Origin: Gemmatimonadales bacterium
GTDB taxonomy: Bacteria > Gemmatimonadota > Gemmatimonadetes > Gemmatimonadales > GWC2-71-9
Length of the DNA stretch: 64,000 nt
Assembly (NCBI GenBank): GCA_050733215.1
Contig: JBOHSN010000005.1
Coordinates: 5,322-69,321 of the forward strand
Direction of reading: 5' to 3'
The stretch's first letter is position 1. Each line of letters opens with the position of its first letter. This document shows positions 29,353 through 37,391 of the stretch, piece by piece. Under the pieces are notes generated by a model. The model had not been told where the DNA came from. It did no database searches and saw only the letters and a program-made list of their open reading frames with translations. The position numbers were made by a program, and so were the translations under genes.

Positions 29353-29554
29353 GGGCGGCGGCGGTGGTCGTTGCGCGGCGGCCTCCGTGTGTCGCGCGGG
29401 CGACAGGGTGGACGCAACGGTCCTCCACCCCTGTCTAGCGGTTCGGCCGATGGGGACTATACTTGTGCCGCCGGTTCATCCAGCCCCGCAGGGCCTCGAA
29501 TTTGCGCGGCTGGTTGCGTTCCGGAACGTTCCCCTGCCGCGTGAAAGGGATCCC

Positions 29555-30991
29555 ATGAAGCGCAATTGTCTGCTCGCGCTCGGGCTCGCCCTGTTTGTCG
29601 CCGCCTGCGGTGACAACGCAGGGCCGACCGACGCCAATACCTCTCCCGACCTCGCTTCCTCCTCGCTCAAGAGTACCATTCGTATCAACGTCGTGTTCAA
29701 GGCTCCCGCTACCCAGGCGCAACTGGCCGAGCTGGGCAAGTACGGGTCGATCACGGACCGGATCGTCGAATTGAATGCGGTCCAGTTGAGGGCAAGGAGT
29801 TCGGCGCTCAGCGCCATCCGGGCGTTGCCATTCGTCGCCGCGGCGTCGCCCGACCGCGAGCGGAAGATTCCGCCCCACGTCAGTATCCCGCTCAACAACT
29901 TCGCGGGCGGGGTCAACACCTTCAACCTCGACGCAATTGACGTCACCAATTTCGGGGTCAGTCCAGCCCGTCAGGTCACGCAAACCGGTGCCGGCGTCTA
30001 TGTCGCCGTGCTCGACACAGGGCTGCTGGATAGATGGCGTTATTTCTTCCCGATCGCGCGCATTGCCACTCAGTACGCGAAGTCCTTCGGGGGCGGCGGC
30101 TCCGAGACCGGGAACGCGGCCATTTCGGAGCAACCCAACAAGTGGGAGCGCGATGCCAATGGCCACGGCACCCACGTTACCAGCATCATTCTGGGTTTCT
30201 TGATCCAGGGCGTGCCGGTGAACGGCGTCGCTCCCCAGGTCACCGTCATCCCGGTCAAGGTGCTCAACCAGAACGGCTCCGGCTCGTCGTTCGTGGTTGC
30301 TCACGGCATCGCCTACATCGGGGCGCTCAAGGCCGGGCCCCTGCACAATTCCCCGGTGGTCATCAACCTGAGTCTCGGTGGACCGGAGCTTGATGCGGCC
30401 GAGATGGCCGCGATCGACTTCGCCATCGCCCAGGGAGTGATCGTCGTCGCCGCCGCCGGCAACTCGGCACTCTCGGGAATGGACTTCCCGGGTGCGTATC
30501 CGCCGGTCATCTCGGCAGCGGCGGCGGGTTGGAAGGACCAGTGGAAGGCCTGCGGCGGCGGCCCCCCGGTTTTCCTCAACTGGTGGTTTGCCTGCAACGT
30601 GCCGGACCCGACGGCCGGCGCCGACTTCTTCATCGAGAACTTCTCCAGCCGGGAGCTCACCGGCCAGGACCTGGATGTGGCGGCGCCGGGCGCGTGGGTG
30701 GTGGGGCCGTTTGCGTTGGGCGCCCTTGGACAGCTGTCCTTCTTCTTCGTCCCCGGCACCTCGCAGGCCTCGCCCCATGTGGCGGGCTTGGCGGCGCTCC
30801 TGGCGCAGAAGAAGCCGAGCCTGACACAGGCGGAGGCGGAGCAGGTGCTGGAAAACACTGCCGTGCCCATTGCGCCCGGCTCGGCCAACGTGTTCGACCC
30901 GATCCTCAACGTGTTCGAGACGCTCGACTGGGGCGCCGACGCAACCGGGGCAGGCCTGATCAACGCGCCGGCGGCGCTCGGGGCGATTTAG
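29555..30991 (+). CDS. S8 (subtilisin-family) serine peptidase, lipoprotein, with N-terminal propeptide-like region
   Basis: Frame of ORF 29192..30991. ATG 29555 gives MKRNCLLALGLALFVAACGD (lipobox). Catalytic triad contexts VAVLDTGLL, NGHGTHVTSI, GTSQASPHVAGLAALL. Confidence 0.9.
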   Translation: MKRNCLLALGLALFVAACGDNAGPTDANTSPDLASSSLKSTIRINVVFKAPATQAQLAELGKYGSITDRIVELNAVQLRARSSALSAIRALPFVAAASPDRERKIPPHVSIPLNNFAGGVNTFNLDAIDVTNFGVSPARQVTQTGAGVYVAVLDTGLLDRWRYFFPIARIATQYAKSFGGGGSETGNAAISEQPNKWERDANGHGTHVTSIILGFLIQGVPVNGVAPQVTVIPVKVLNQNGSGSSFVVAHGIAYIGALKAGPLHNSPVVINLSLGGPELDAAEMAAIDFAIAQGVIVVAAAGNSALSGMDFPGAYPPVISAAAAGWKDQWKACGGGPPVFLNWWFACNVPDPTAGADFFIENFSSRELTGQDLDVAAPGAWVVGPFALGALGQLSFFFVPGTSQASPHVAGLAALLAQKKPSLTQAEAEQVLENTAVPIAPGSANVFDPILNVFETLDWGADATGAGLINAPAALGAI

Positions 30992-31010
30992 CCCGATCGT
31001 ACTAGGCAGG

Positions 31011-31044
31011 AAAGGCCCGCCGAGAGGCGGGCCTTTCTTTTTTT
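31011..31044 (+). terminator. intrinsic terminator
   Basis: AAAGGCCCGCC gaga GGCGGGCCTTT followed by CTTTTTTT. A perfect 11-bp stem, 20 nt after the TAG at 30989-30991. Confidence 0.85.
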
Positions 31045-31102
31045 GCGCCGGCTTGCGCGCGTCGGGTTCGATCGGTGGAGCGCTGCCGGTGCATCGTGGA
31101 GC

Positions 31103-32494
31103 ATGCCACCATCGTTGACAATCTGCGCCGTCGCCGCGGTCGTCCTGCTGCTCGGCTGCACCGACACGCCGTCGTCGCCATCGGAAAGGGTGGACGCCGC
31201 CGTCGGCCGTCTCGGCGGCGAGCGTCAGTACATCCTCGCCGGGCCCACAGACAAGCTTCCGGCGGCGCTGGGCCGCTCGGTGCAGGCCGCCGGCGGCCGG
31301 CTGATCGCCTCGTATCCGCAAGTGGGCCTCGCCATCGCGCGCTCGGGCAGCGGCGACTTCGCGACCAAGGCCGCCCGCATCGCGGGCATCGCACACGCTA
31401 TCGAAGACCGCCGCGTCGCGTGGCTTCCGCCGGCGCGCACCCGCGCAGCCGACAAGCCGGGTCGCAGCGTTGGTGGAACGGCCATCCAGGATGGCGCGTA
31501 CTTTTTCGCGCTCCAGTGGGCGCCGCAGGTGATCCAGGCCCCCGCGGCGTGGGCCGCCGGCAATCTGGGCCAGGGCGCTCGCGTCGCCATTCTCGACGGC
31601 GGTATCTGGGCGCCGCATCCGGATCTCGCACCCAACATCGACGTGGCACGCGCCGTGTCGTTCGCGACGGACGAAAACGGCAACCCTACCGATTGGGATG
31701 ACGACGTCGGCGGCTTCTGGCACGGCACGCACGTCGCCGGAATCGTGGCCGGTGCCGCCGCGCTGGGCACCATCGGCATCGCGCCCCGCGCCACGATCGT
31801 CCCGGTCAAGGTGCTGCACGACGGCGGGGGCACGTTCGGCGGCCTGATTCAGGGACTGCTCTACGCCTCGACGCCGCTCTCGCAGGGCGGCGGCGGCGCG
31901 CACATCATCAACCTGAGCCTCGGCGCCGATTTCGAGCGTCAGGGCCACGCTGCGGCGCAGCTCGCCTCGTTCCTCAGCCGCGTCACCAGCTTCGCCCGGC
32001 AGCAGGGCTCGCTGCTCATCGCCGCCGCCGGTAACGGAGGCGCGGACGGCGTTCCCTTCGACCTCGACCACACCAGCAACCTGATCAGCGTGCCGGCGCA
32101 GTCCGTCGGCGTCCTCGCGATCTCCGCCACCGGGCCGGTCAACGTCGCCGGCGGCGGCACCAACTTCGACCGCCCGGCCTCGTACTCGAACTTCGGCCAG
32201 TCGGCCATCGACTTCGCCGGTCCCGGGGGCGATTTCACGCTGTTCCCGAACGGTGACTGGTTCCTCGACCTGGTGCTGAGCACCAACGTCGGTGGCTGGG
32301 CGTTTTCCGCGGGCACCAGCATGTCATCCCCGGCGGCGGCCGGGGTGGCGGCGTTGATTGTCGGCAAGTTCGGGCCGTTGCAGCCTTCCCACCTGGAGGC
32401 CCGCCTCCGCGCCTCCGCCGACGACCTGGGCAAGCCTGGTAACGACGATCACTACGGGGCGGGACGGGTAAATGCACACAGGGCAGTGCAATAG
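31103..32494 (+). CDS. S8 (subtilisin-family) serine peptidase, lipoprotein (paralog of the upstream gene)
   Basis: Frame of ORF 31043..32494. Start moved to ATG 31103 (MPPSLTICAVAAVVLLLGCTD) because 31043 lies inside the terminator. Triad contexts VAILDGGIW, FWHGTHVAGI, GTSMSSPAAAGVAALI. Confidence 0.88.
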   Translation: MPPSLTICAVAAVVLLLGCTDTPSSPSERVDAAVGRLGGERQYILAGPTDKLPAALGRSVQAAGGRLIASYPQVGLAIARSGSGDFATKAARIAGIAHAIEDRRVAWLPPARTRAADKPGRSVGGTAIQDGAYFFALQWAPQVIQAPAAWAAGNLGQGARVAILDGGIWAPHPDLAPNIDVARAVSFATDENGNPTDWDDDVGGFWHGTHVAGIVAGAAALGTIGIAPRATIVPVKVLHDGGGTFGGLIQGLLYASTPLSQGGGGAHIINLSLGADFERQGHAAAQLASFLSRVTSFARQQGSLLIAAAGNGGADGVPFDLDHTSNLISVPAQSVGVLAISATGPVNVAGGGTNFDRPASYSNFGQSAIDFAGPGGDFTLFPNGDWFLDLVLSTNVGGWAFSAGTSMSSPAAAGVAALIVGKFGPLQPSHLEARLRASADDLGKPGNDDHYGAGRVNAHRAVQ

Positions 32495-32574
32495 GAGCCG
32501 GTGACAGCAGTCACCGCAGGCTTCGGGCGGCGGGCGCTATTCTCAGGTCCGACTGTCGCCATGTGAGGCTTGAC

Positions 32575-32724
32575 ATGCTCTGGACGATTTTCATCATCCT
32601 GCTGGTGCTGTGGCTGTTGGGGCTGGTGTCGGGGAGCACGTTCGGCGGATTCATCCACATCCTGCTGGTGCTGGCCATCGCCGTGGTGCTGATCCGCGTG
32701 ATTCAGGGTCGCCGCCCGGTCTGA
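32575..32724 (+). CDS. lmo0937-family small membrane protein (49 aa)
   Basis: Own translation: MLWTIFIILLVLWLLGLVSGSTFGGFIHILLVLAIAVVLIRVIQGRRPV. Below the ORF-track cutoff. The sequence pattern is typical of this family. Confidence 0.7.
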   Translation: MLWTIFIILLVLWLLGLVSGSTFGGFIHILLVLAIAVVLIRVIQGRRPV

Positions 32725-32735
32725 CGGACGTCGAA

Positions 32736-32960
32736 ATGAGACCGGGAGCCGTCGTTGGAGCGCTGCTGATCCTCGCAGGGATCATCATGTTCTCCACCGG
32801 CGGCTTCTCGTTCAGGAGCGAGGAACGGGTGGCGGAAGTAGGCCCCATCGAGGTCACCGCCGAGCGGGAGCGTTCGGTCCTGCTGTCACCGATGCTGGCC
32901 GGGCTGGCCGTCGTCGGAGGGCTCGTGCTGATCGTAGCGAGCAGCCGCCGAGCCCGCTGA
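32736..32960 (+). CDS. small hypothetical membrane protein (2 TM helices)
   Basis: Frame of ORF 32610..32960, from ATG 32736: MRPGAVVGALLILAGIIMFSTGGFSF..LSPMLAGLAVVGGLVLIVASS. It starts 11 nt after the previous small gene. Confidence 0.6.
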   Translation: MRPGAVVGALLILAGIIMFSTGGFSFRSEERVAEVGPIEVTAERERSVLLSPMLAGLAVVGGLVLIVASSRRAR

Positions 32961-32984
32961 AACAGCGCCGCCGCGGAGTTTCCC

Positions 32985-33019
32985 GGGCGCCCATCCTCGT
33001 CGGATGGGCGCCCTTTCGC
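32985..33019 (+). terminator. intrinsic terminator
   Basis: GGGCGCCCATCC tcgtc GGATGGGCGCCC followed by TTTCGCG. A perfect 12-bp stem, 25 nt after the stop at 32960. Confidence 0.75.
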
Positions 33020-33101
33020 GTGCGGGAGAACCGACCGCACGCCCCCCGGCGTTTCTCATCCGGCAGCACACCCACTCCACCACTCGACCAGCGAGGCGAA
33101 C

Positions 33102-33557
33102 ATGATCTGTCGGTTCCGCATCCCGGCCGTAGCATTGGTCATCGGCCTGGCCGCCACCCCGCTCGCGGCGCAGGAGACGATGACGAAGGAGAAGGACACG
33201 ATGGCGATGGCACCCCACGGCACGTTCGCCGGGGCGGAGGGGCACAAGGCGAAGGGCTCGTACGAGATCGCGACCGCCGGCGGGAAGACCCGGCTCAAGC
33301 TCGGCAGCGATTTCGCGGTCGAGAAAGGCCCGGACGTCTACGTGGTGTTGAGCCCGGCTGCCAAGATGCCCGCCAAGGGGGCGCTGTTCCTCGGCAAGCT
33401 CACGCGCTTCGACGGAGCGCAGGCGTTCGATGTGCCGGCCGGCACCGACCTGGGCGGGTACACCCACGTGGTGCTCTGGTGCAAGAAGTACTCGGTGGCG
33501 ATGGGCACGGCATCGCTCGCGGCGGGTGGGGCGATGATGGACAAGAGGGACAAGTGA
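33102..33557 (+). CDS. DM13-domain secreted protein
   Basis: 151-aa ORF with a signal peptide. HGTFAGAEGHKAKGSYEIATAGGKTRLKLGSDFAVEKGPDVYVVL..DLGGYTHVVLWCKKYSVAMG matches the DM13 pattern. Confidence 0.8.
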   Translation: MICRFRIPAVALVIGLAATPLAAQETMTKEKDTMAMAPHGTFAGAEGHKAKGSYEIATAGGKTRLKLGSDFAVEKGPDVYVVLSPAAKMPAKGALFLGKLTRFDGAQAFDVPAGTDLGGYTHVVLWCKKYSVAMGTASLAAGGAMMDKRDK

Positions 33558-33604
33558 CGGCCGGCCATCTGCCCCGGATGCGCCCGTGAGGTATCATCAC
33601 GGGG

Positions 33605-33775
33605 GCCTCGCCGCACGATGGAAGCCATGCCCTGTTTCTGGGCAAGTTCAGGCGGTTCGGGGGGACGCAGTGGTTCGACCTTCCACCGGGGATCGATTTG
33701 AGCCGGTTCAGCCACGTGGTGCTGTGGAGCAGGAAACCTCGGTGGCGATCGGCCCCGCCGCCGAAATGCCTGGGA
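33605..33775 (+). pseudogene. degenerate, frameshifted partial duplicate of the DM13 gene 3' half
   Basis: Own translation ALFLGKFRRFGGTQWFDLPPGIDLSRFSHVVLWSRK, then (after a +1 shift) TSVAIGPAA. This parallels GALFLGKLTRFDGAQAFDVPAGTDLGGYTHVVLWCKKYSVAMGTA of 33102..33557. The nucleotide similarity is visible. There is no start codon and no N-terminal half. Confidence 0.7.
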
Positions 33776-33809
33776 CCGCTGATGCCGGTCGGGGCGGAGT
33801 GACCGCGCG

Positions 33810-34433
33810 GTGACGCCGCCCCGCGGACAGCCGGCGCATCGGCCGGCGCCCGCGATCGCACTCGCGAGCCAGGCCGGCCTGCGGGCCCGGCTCGTGGCGC
33901 GCGACGAGCGGGCGCTCGTGGAGCTCATCGAGGTGGCGACCCCCTGGCTGCTCGGCCTGGTGCAAGGAATGTTGCAGGACCAGGATGAAGCGGAGGAAGT
34001 CGTGTCGCAGGTGTTCGCCACGGCGTGGGACCGGGTCGGCACGCTGGGGAACGAGTACGAAACGCTCATGCCGTGGCTGCTCCGCATCGCGCGGAACCGC
34101 GCCATCGACCACCTCCGCCGACGCGGACGCCTGCGGCGCAAGGCGGCGCGGCTCGAGGCGTACGAGGTCGCTGGGCCGGGGTCGGTGCCGTTCCGAGAGC
34201 CCGACGAATCGGCGCAGCCGGGCTGGCACGTGCATCGCGCGGTGCATGCAGCTCTGGGAGCCTTGCCGGAGGATCAGCGCGCCGTCGTGCGACTCGCCTA
34301 CTTCGCCGGCCTCACTCACTCCGAAATCGCAGAGGAGCTCGGCATTCCGATGGGCACGGTGAAGACCCGGCTCCGACTCGCCTTCGACAAGTTGCGTGCG
34401 GCCCTCGCGCCCATTCGGGATTGGGTGCCGTGA
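33810..34433 (+). CDS. ECF-type RNA polymerase sigma factor
   Basis: 207-aa ORF with a GTG start. Region 2: DEAEEVVSQVFATAWDRV..WLLRIARNRAIDHLRRR. Region 4: RAVVRLAYFAGLTHSEIAEELGIPMGTVKTRLRLA. Confidence 0.9.
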   Translation: MTPPRGQPAHRPAPAIALASQAGLRARLVARDERALVELIEVATPWLLGLVQGMLQDQDEAEEVVSQVFATAWDRVGTLGNEYETLMPWLLRIARNRAIDHLRRRGRLRRKAARLEAYEVAGPGSVPFREPDESAQPGWHVHRAVHAALGALPEDQRAVVRLAYFAGLTHSEIAEELGIPMGTVKTRLRLAFDKLRAALAPIRDWVP

Positions 34434-35155
34434 CGCCGCACGACTGGTATGTCGAGCACCGCGCGGCGTGGGTCGCCGGCGCGCTGGAGCCCAAGGAGGA
34501 GCGGCTCTTCGCCGACCATCTTCGCCGCTGCGAGGAGTGCCGTGCGGAAGTCGCCCGGCTCGAGCGCGAGCTCGCCTGGCTGCCGATGGCGACGGCGCCG
34601 GCCGCACCCCGGCCGGGATTCACCCGGCAGATGGCCGAGCGGGTGCTCCGCCGGCCGCGCGTCTGGCGGCGCTATGGCCCGGGTCTCGCGGCCGCGGCAA
34701 CCATCATCCTCGCCTCCGGGCTCGGCTTCAGCGAGCATCGCCGCCGCGCCGGCGTCGAATTGCTGCTAGCCGACAGCGACCGCCGGCTGGCCGCGCTCGA
34801 GGACACACTCTCGGTGATCCGTCGCGCCGCGCGCGTGGTCCATCACGAGATCGCGATGGACGGCCACCATGGCGGGCTCCTCATCTTTCAGGACGAGACG
34901 TCGCACCGCTGGAACGTGGTTGTGCACGGGCTTCCGGCGGCGCCGGCCGGCACGGTCTATCAGTTCTGGTTCGTGACGGAGGCGGGGATGGTGCGGTCAG
35001 TAGCGCTGCCGATGGACGGCAATCGCCCGGCGTTCGCGACGGTGTCGATGCCGGCGACGCCCGCGCCTGTGATGGGGGCCGCGCTCACCGTGGAGCCGAT
35101 GGCGGGGCGGTCAAACGAACCGAAGGGGCGGGAGATCGCGCATGTCGATTTTTGA
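34430..35155 (+). CDS. anti-sigma factor (zf-HC2 N-terminus, 1 TM helix, RskA-like extracytoplasmic domain)
   Basis: Frame of ORF 34025..35155. GTG 34430 overlaps the sigma stop (GTGA). HLRRCEECRAEVARLE. TM helix GLAAAATIILASGLGF. C-terminal YQFWFVTEAGMVRSVALP..ALTVEP, typical of anti-sigma-K-like domains. Confidence 0.8.
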   Translation: MTPHDWYVEHRAAWVAGALEPKEERLFADHLRRCEECRAEVARLERELAWLPMATAPAAPRPGFTRQMAERVLRRPRVWRRYGPGLAAAATIILASGLGFSEHRRRAGVELLLADSDRRLAALEDTLSVIRRAARVVHHEIAMDGHHGGLLIFQDETSHRWNVVVHGLPAAPAGTVYQFWFVTEAGMVRSVALPMDGNRPAFATVSMPATPAPVMGAALTVEPMAGRSNEPKGREIAHVDF

Positions 35156-35159
35156 TCTT

Positions 35160-36809
35160 CTATAAGCTGTCGCTCTCCGCGGGGATGTCACTCTCATCGC
35201 CACCCAGCGCCGGCTCCAGCGCGTCGGGCACGCTGTCGCTCGGGATGACCACGCCGTCCGCGCCGAGCAGCCGGAAGAGGCGCCACTGGGCCCGGCGAGC
35301 GGCCTGCTGCCGCGGCCCGTTGTAGATCAGGGCGACGATCAGCGTGCCCTCCGGACGGCCGAGATAGCCGACCACGCTCGCGGCGTTGCCGAGCGTTCCG
35401 GTCTTCGCCCGCACCACACCGCTTCCCGGAAAACCGGAGCCGAGTCGGTGCAGCGTGCCGCTGCCGTTGGGCGGCAGTAGCTGGGGGAAGTTCCGGCCCG
35501 CGGGAGTCGCGGGATAGTTCGCGAGATAGGAGATGAAGGTGGACGGCGCCACCCGGTTGTCGAACGAGAGGCCGCTGCCGTCCACGAGGGCGAGCCCGGG
35601 AGCGGTGTTCGTGACCTCGAGCACATGCGCGGCGAGCCGCTGGGGGCCCGCCTCCCGTCCGCCCGCCCACTGGAGCAGCAGCTCAGCCGCGTAGTTGAGG
35701 CTCCGGCGGTTGACTTCGCTCGCCAGCGAGTCGAGCGGCGGCGAGGACACCTCGGCCAGCACCCGGGGGGCGGCAGCCACCGGCGGAATGCCTGGCTGCG
35801 CCTTGGGATTCCAGGCGATACCCGCGCGCTGGAGCGCCCGTGCCCATGCGGCGCTCAGCACTGCCTTGGGGTCGCGCATCGGCGCGCCGACCGTGCGCAC
35901 CCGTGCGCGGCGACCGATTGTGCCGGTAAGCGTCCAGCCCCCATCCGATCGCGGCTGGAGCGCGAGCCGCGACCGCCGCCCCGCGCGGGTCGTCGCCCTC
36001 ACGTTGACGAGCGAGAGGATGCCGTCCGGCGAGGCGCCGACGATGCGCGGTCTGGCTCCGCTCTTCGAGCCCGGTTGCACCGTCACCCAGATCACGTTCT
36101 CATGCAGCGTCAGCGGACCGATCGGCGGAGCGAACACCCGTCCGCGGTGTCGCGGCGACCACGCGGCCGGATAGATCGCGTCGGCCGGGCCGTCGGTACT
36201 CTGCACGTGGAGCGGACCGCCCAGCGTCCGGACACCGGTGCTCGCGAGCTGGAGCGCGAGGTCGTAAAGCATCGGCCCCTCGCCGGGCCCGCGTTCGAGC
36301 GACGGGTCGCCGTTGAGCTCGAGGCCCCAGGTCCCGATCCACTCACCCGTGGCGGGCTCCAACGTCCCGGCCCCGATCACCCGCGTCGGTCGTCGCGCGG
36401 TGCCACCCAGCACGCTCCGCGCGAAGCCGGTGGTGAACACCTTCACCGTCGATGCGGGAACCAGGGGCGTATCGGGATTCCGTGCCCAGAGCAGGCGACC
36501 GTTCTGGTCGGCGAGCGCGATGCCCCACTCACCCCGGGTGCGGGAAATGGTTTCGCGGTACCATGGCTCCACGATCCGATCGAGCCAGGCGCCATCCGGC
36601 GGCGGAGCGACGGCGGGCAGTGCGGCCGGCAGTGCGGCCGGCAGTGCGGCCGGCAGTGCGGCCGCCGTCGAGTCCTGCGCGGCGAGCGGCGCTGGGAGCA
36701 CGACTGCGGCAACGGCGCAACATCGTATCGCCCTCCGGAGATGGCGCCGGTGGCGCGAAGGCAGCAAATCCATGGACCCCGCAATCTGGGCTGGTCTAAC
36801 GGGTGACAC
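35160..36809 (-). CDS. dacB: D-alanyl-D-alanine carboxypeptidase/endopeptidase (PBP4, peptidase S13)
   Basis: 549-aa ORF with a GTG start. The SxxK motif is in PASTVKVFTTGFA. Overall collinear with the PBP4 family (..LHVQSTDG.., KTGTLGNASVVGY). Confidence 0.88.
   Translation of the reverse strand: MSPVRPAQIAGSMDLLPSRHRRHLRRAIRCCAVAAVVLPAPLAAQDSTAAALPAALPAALPAALPAVAPPPDGAWLDRIVEPWYRETISRTRGEWGIALADQNGRLLWARNPDTPLVPASTVKVFTTGFARSVLGGTARRPTRVIGAGTLEPATGEWIGTWGLELNGDPSLERGPGEGPMLYDLALQLASTGVRTLGGPLHVQSTDGPADAIYPAAWSPRHRGRVFAPPIGPLTLHENVIWVTVQPGSKSGARPRIVGASPDGILSLVNVRATTRAGRRSRLALQPRSDGGWTLTGTIGRRARVRTVGAPMRDPKAVLSAAWARALQRAGIAWNPKAQPGIPPVAAAPRVLAEVSSPPLDSLASEVNRRSLNYAAELLLQWAGGREAGPQRLAAHVLEVTNTAPGLALVDGSGLSFDNRVAPSTFISYLANYPATPAGRNFPQLLPPNGSGTLHRLGSGFPGSGVVRAKTGTLGNAASVVGYLGRPEGTLIVALIYNGPRQQAARRAQWRLFRLLGADGVVIPSDSVPDALEPALGGDESDIPAESDSL
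36616..36663. repeat. in-frame 12-nt tandem repeat x4 (GGCAGTGCGGCC) in dacB
   Basis: Four perfect copies. They encode (AALP)4 directly after the predicted signal peptide. Confidence 0.95.
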
Positions 36810-36905
36810 AACTCACAGCCCCCCTCCCAAACACGCAGGTATGATGCCGCCGGAGAGCCCGGGGCGGCGCACCGCCCGGGGCGGCCTAGCGACCGAGGAG
36901 GTGGG

Positions 36906-37268
36906 ATGAGAATCGACAACTGTGCGCGCTTCGCGCTCCTGGGGGCCCTGGTGGCCTCGCTGGCGTGTGCGCGCAACACCGAAAATGGGGACGATACCGG
37001 CGCGACCGGCCGCGTGACGACGGCCGATACGGGGGCCACCGTCAGAGTGCGTCCTGATACGACCGTGAGTCCCGATACGGTCGGGCGCGCACACCCCGAC
37101 TCGGCCACCGGCGGGGGAGCGCCAGTGCGCCCCGGCACCGCTGACTCGGCCCAGCCCGGTATCACACCGGTCGACACCGCCATGGCGGACACCTCCGCGG
37201 GCCCGGGGTGGCCGGTCGACACCATGCAGGGTGGTGGCTGGGCGACGCCGCCCGATTCGGGACAGTGA
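36906..37268 (+). CDS. hypothetical lipoprotein, low-complexity (Thr/Asp/Gly/Pro-rich)
   Basis: 120-aa ORF with GAGGAGG upstream. Lipobox LVASLAC. Internal imperfect repeat TGATGRVTTADTGATVRVRPDTTVSPDT. Confidence 0.65.
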   Translation: MRIDNCARFALLGALVASLACARNTENGDDTGATGRVTTADTGATVRVRPDTTVSPDTVGRAHPDSATGGGAPVRPGTADSAQPGITPVDTAMADTSAGPGWPVDTMQGGGWATPPDSGQ

Positions 37269-37269
37269 T

Positions 37270-37391
37270 GTGAGCGGTGAGCGGTGAGCGGTGAGCGGTG
37301 AGCAGTAAGCAGTGAGCAGTAAGAAGGGGCTCCCGAGCCGTGTAGCCGGAGCCCCTTCCGCTCACCGTTTACCGCTCACCGCTCACCGCTA
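37270..37391. repeat. tandem-repeat-armed palindrome J: about 7.7 x GTGAGCG, perfect 10-bp core hairpin, about 4.8 x CCGCTCA; stop to stop
   Basis: Left arm 37270-37323 (gtgagcg x4, gtgagca, gtaagca, gtgagca, gtaag). Core AAGGGGCTCC..GGAGCCCCTT (37324-37357). Right arm 37358-37391 contains the TAG (37389-37391) of the convergent acyl-CoA dehydrogenase gene. The left arm begins 2 nt after the TGA at 37266-37268. Same unit as element B. Confidence 0.95.

Noticed and set aside
29516-29554. ECF-type promoter (GGAAC..CGT) just upstream of the first S8 gene
   Set aside because: The spacing to a -10-like CGT element is wrong (about 12 nt), and the motif is too close to the ATG to leave a 5'-UTR with a ribosome-binding site.
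31043-31102. Upstream start (31043) for the second S8 protease
   Set aside because: It lies within the U-tract of the terminator at 31011-31044. ATG 31103 gives a proper lipoprotein signal peptide and has a GGAG site upstream.
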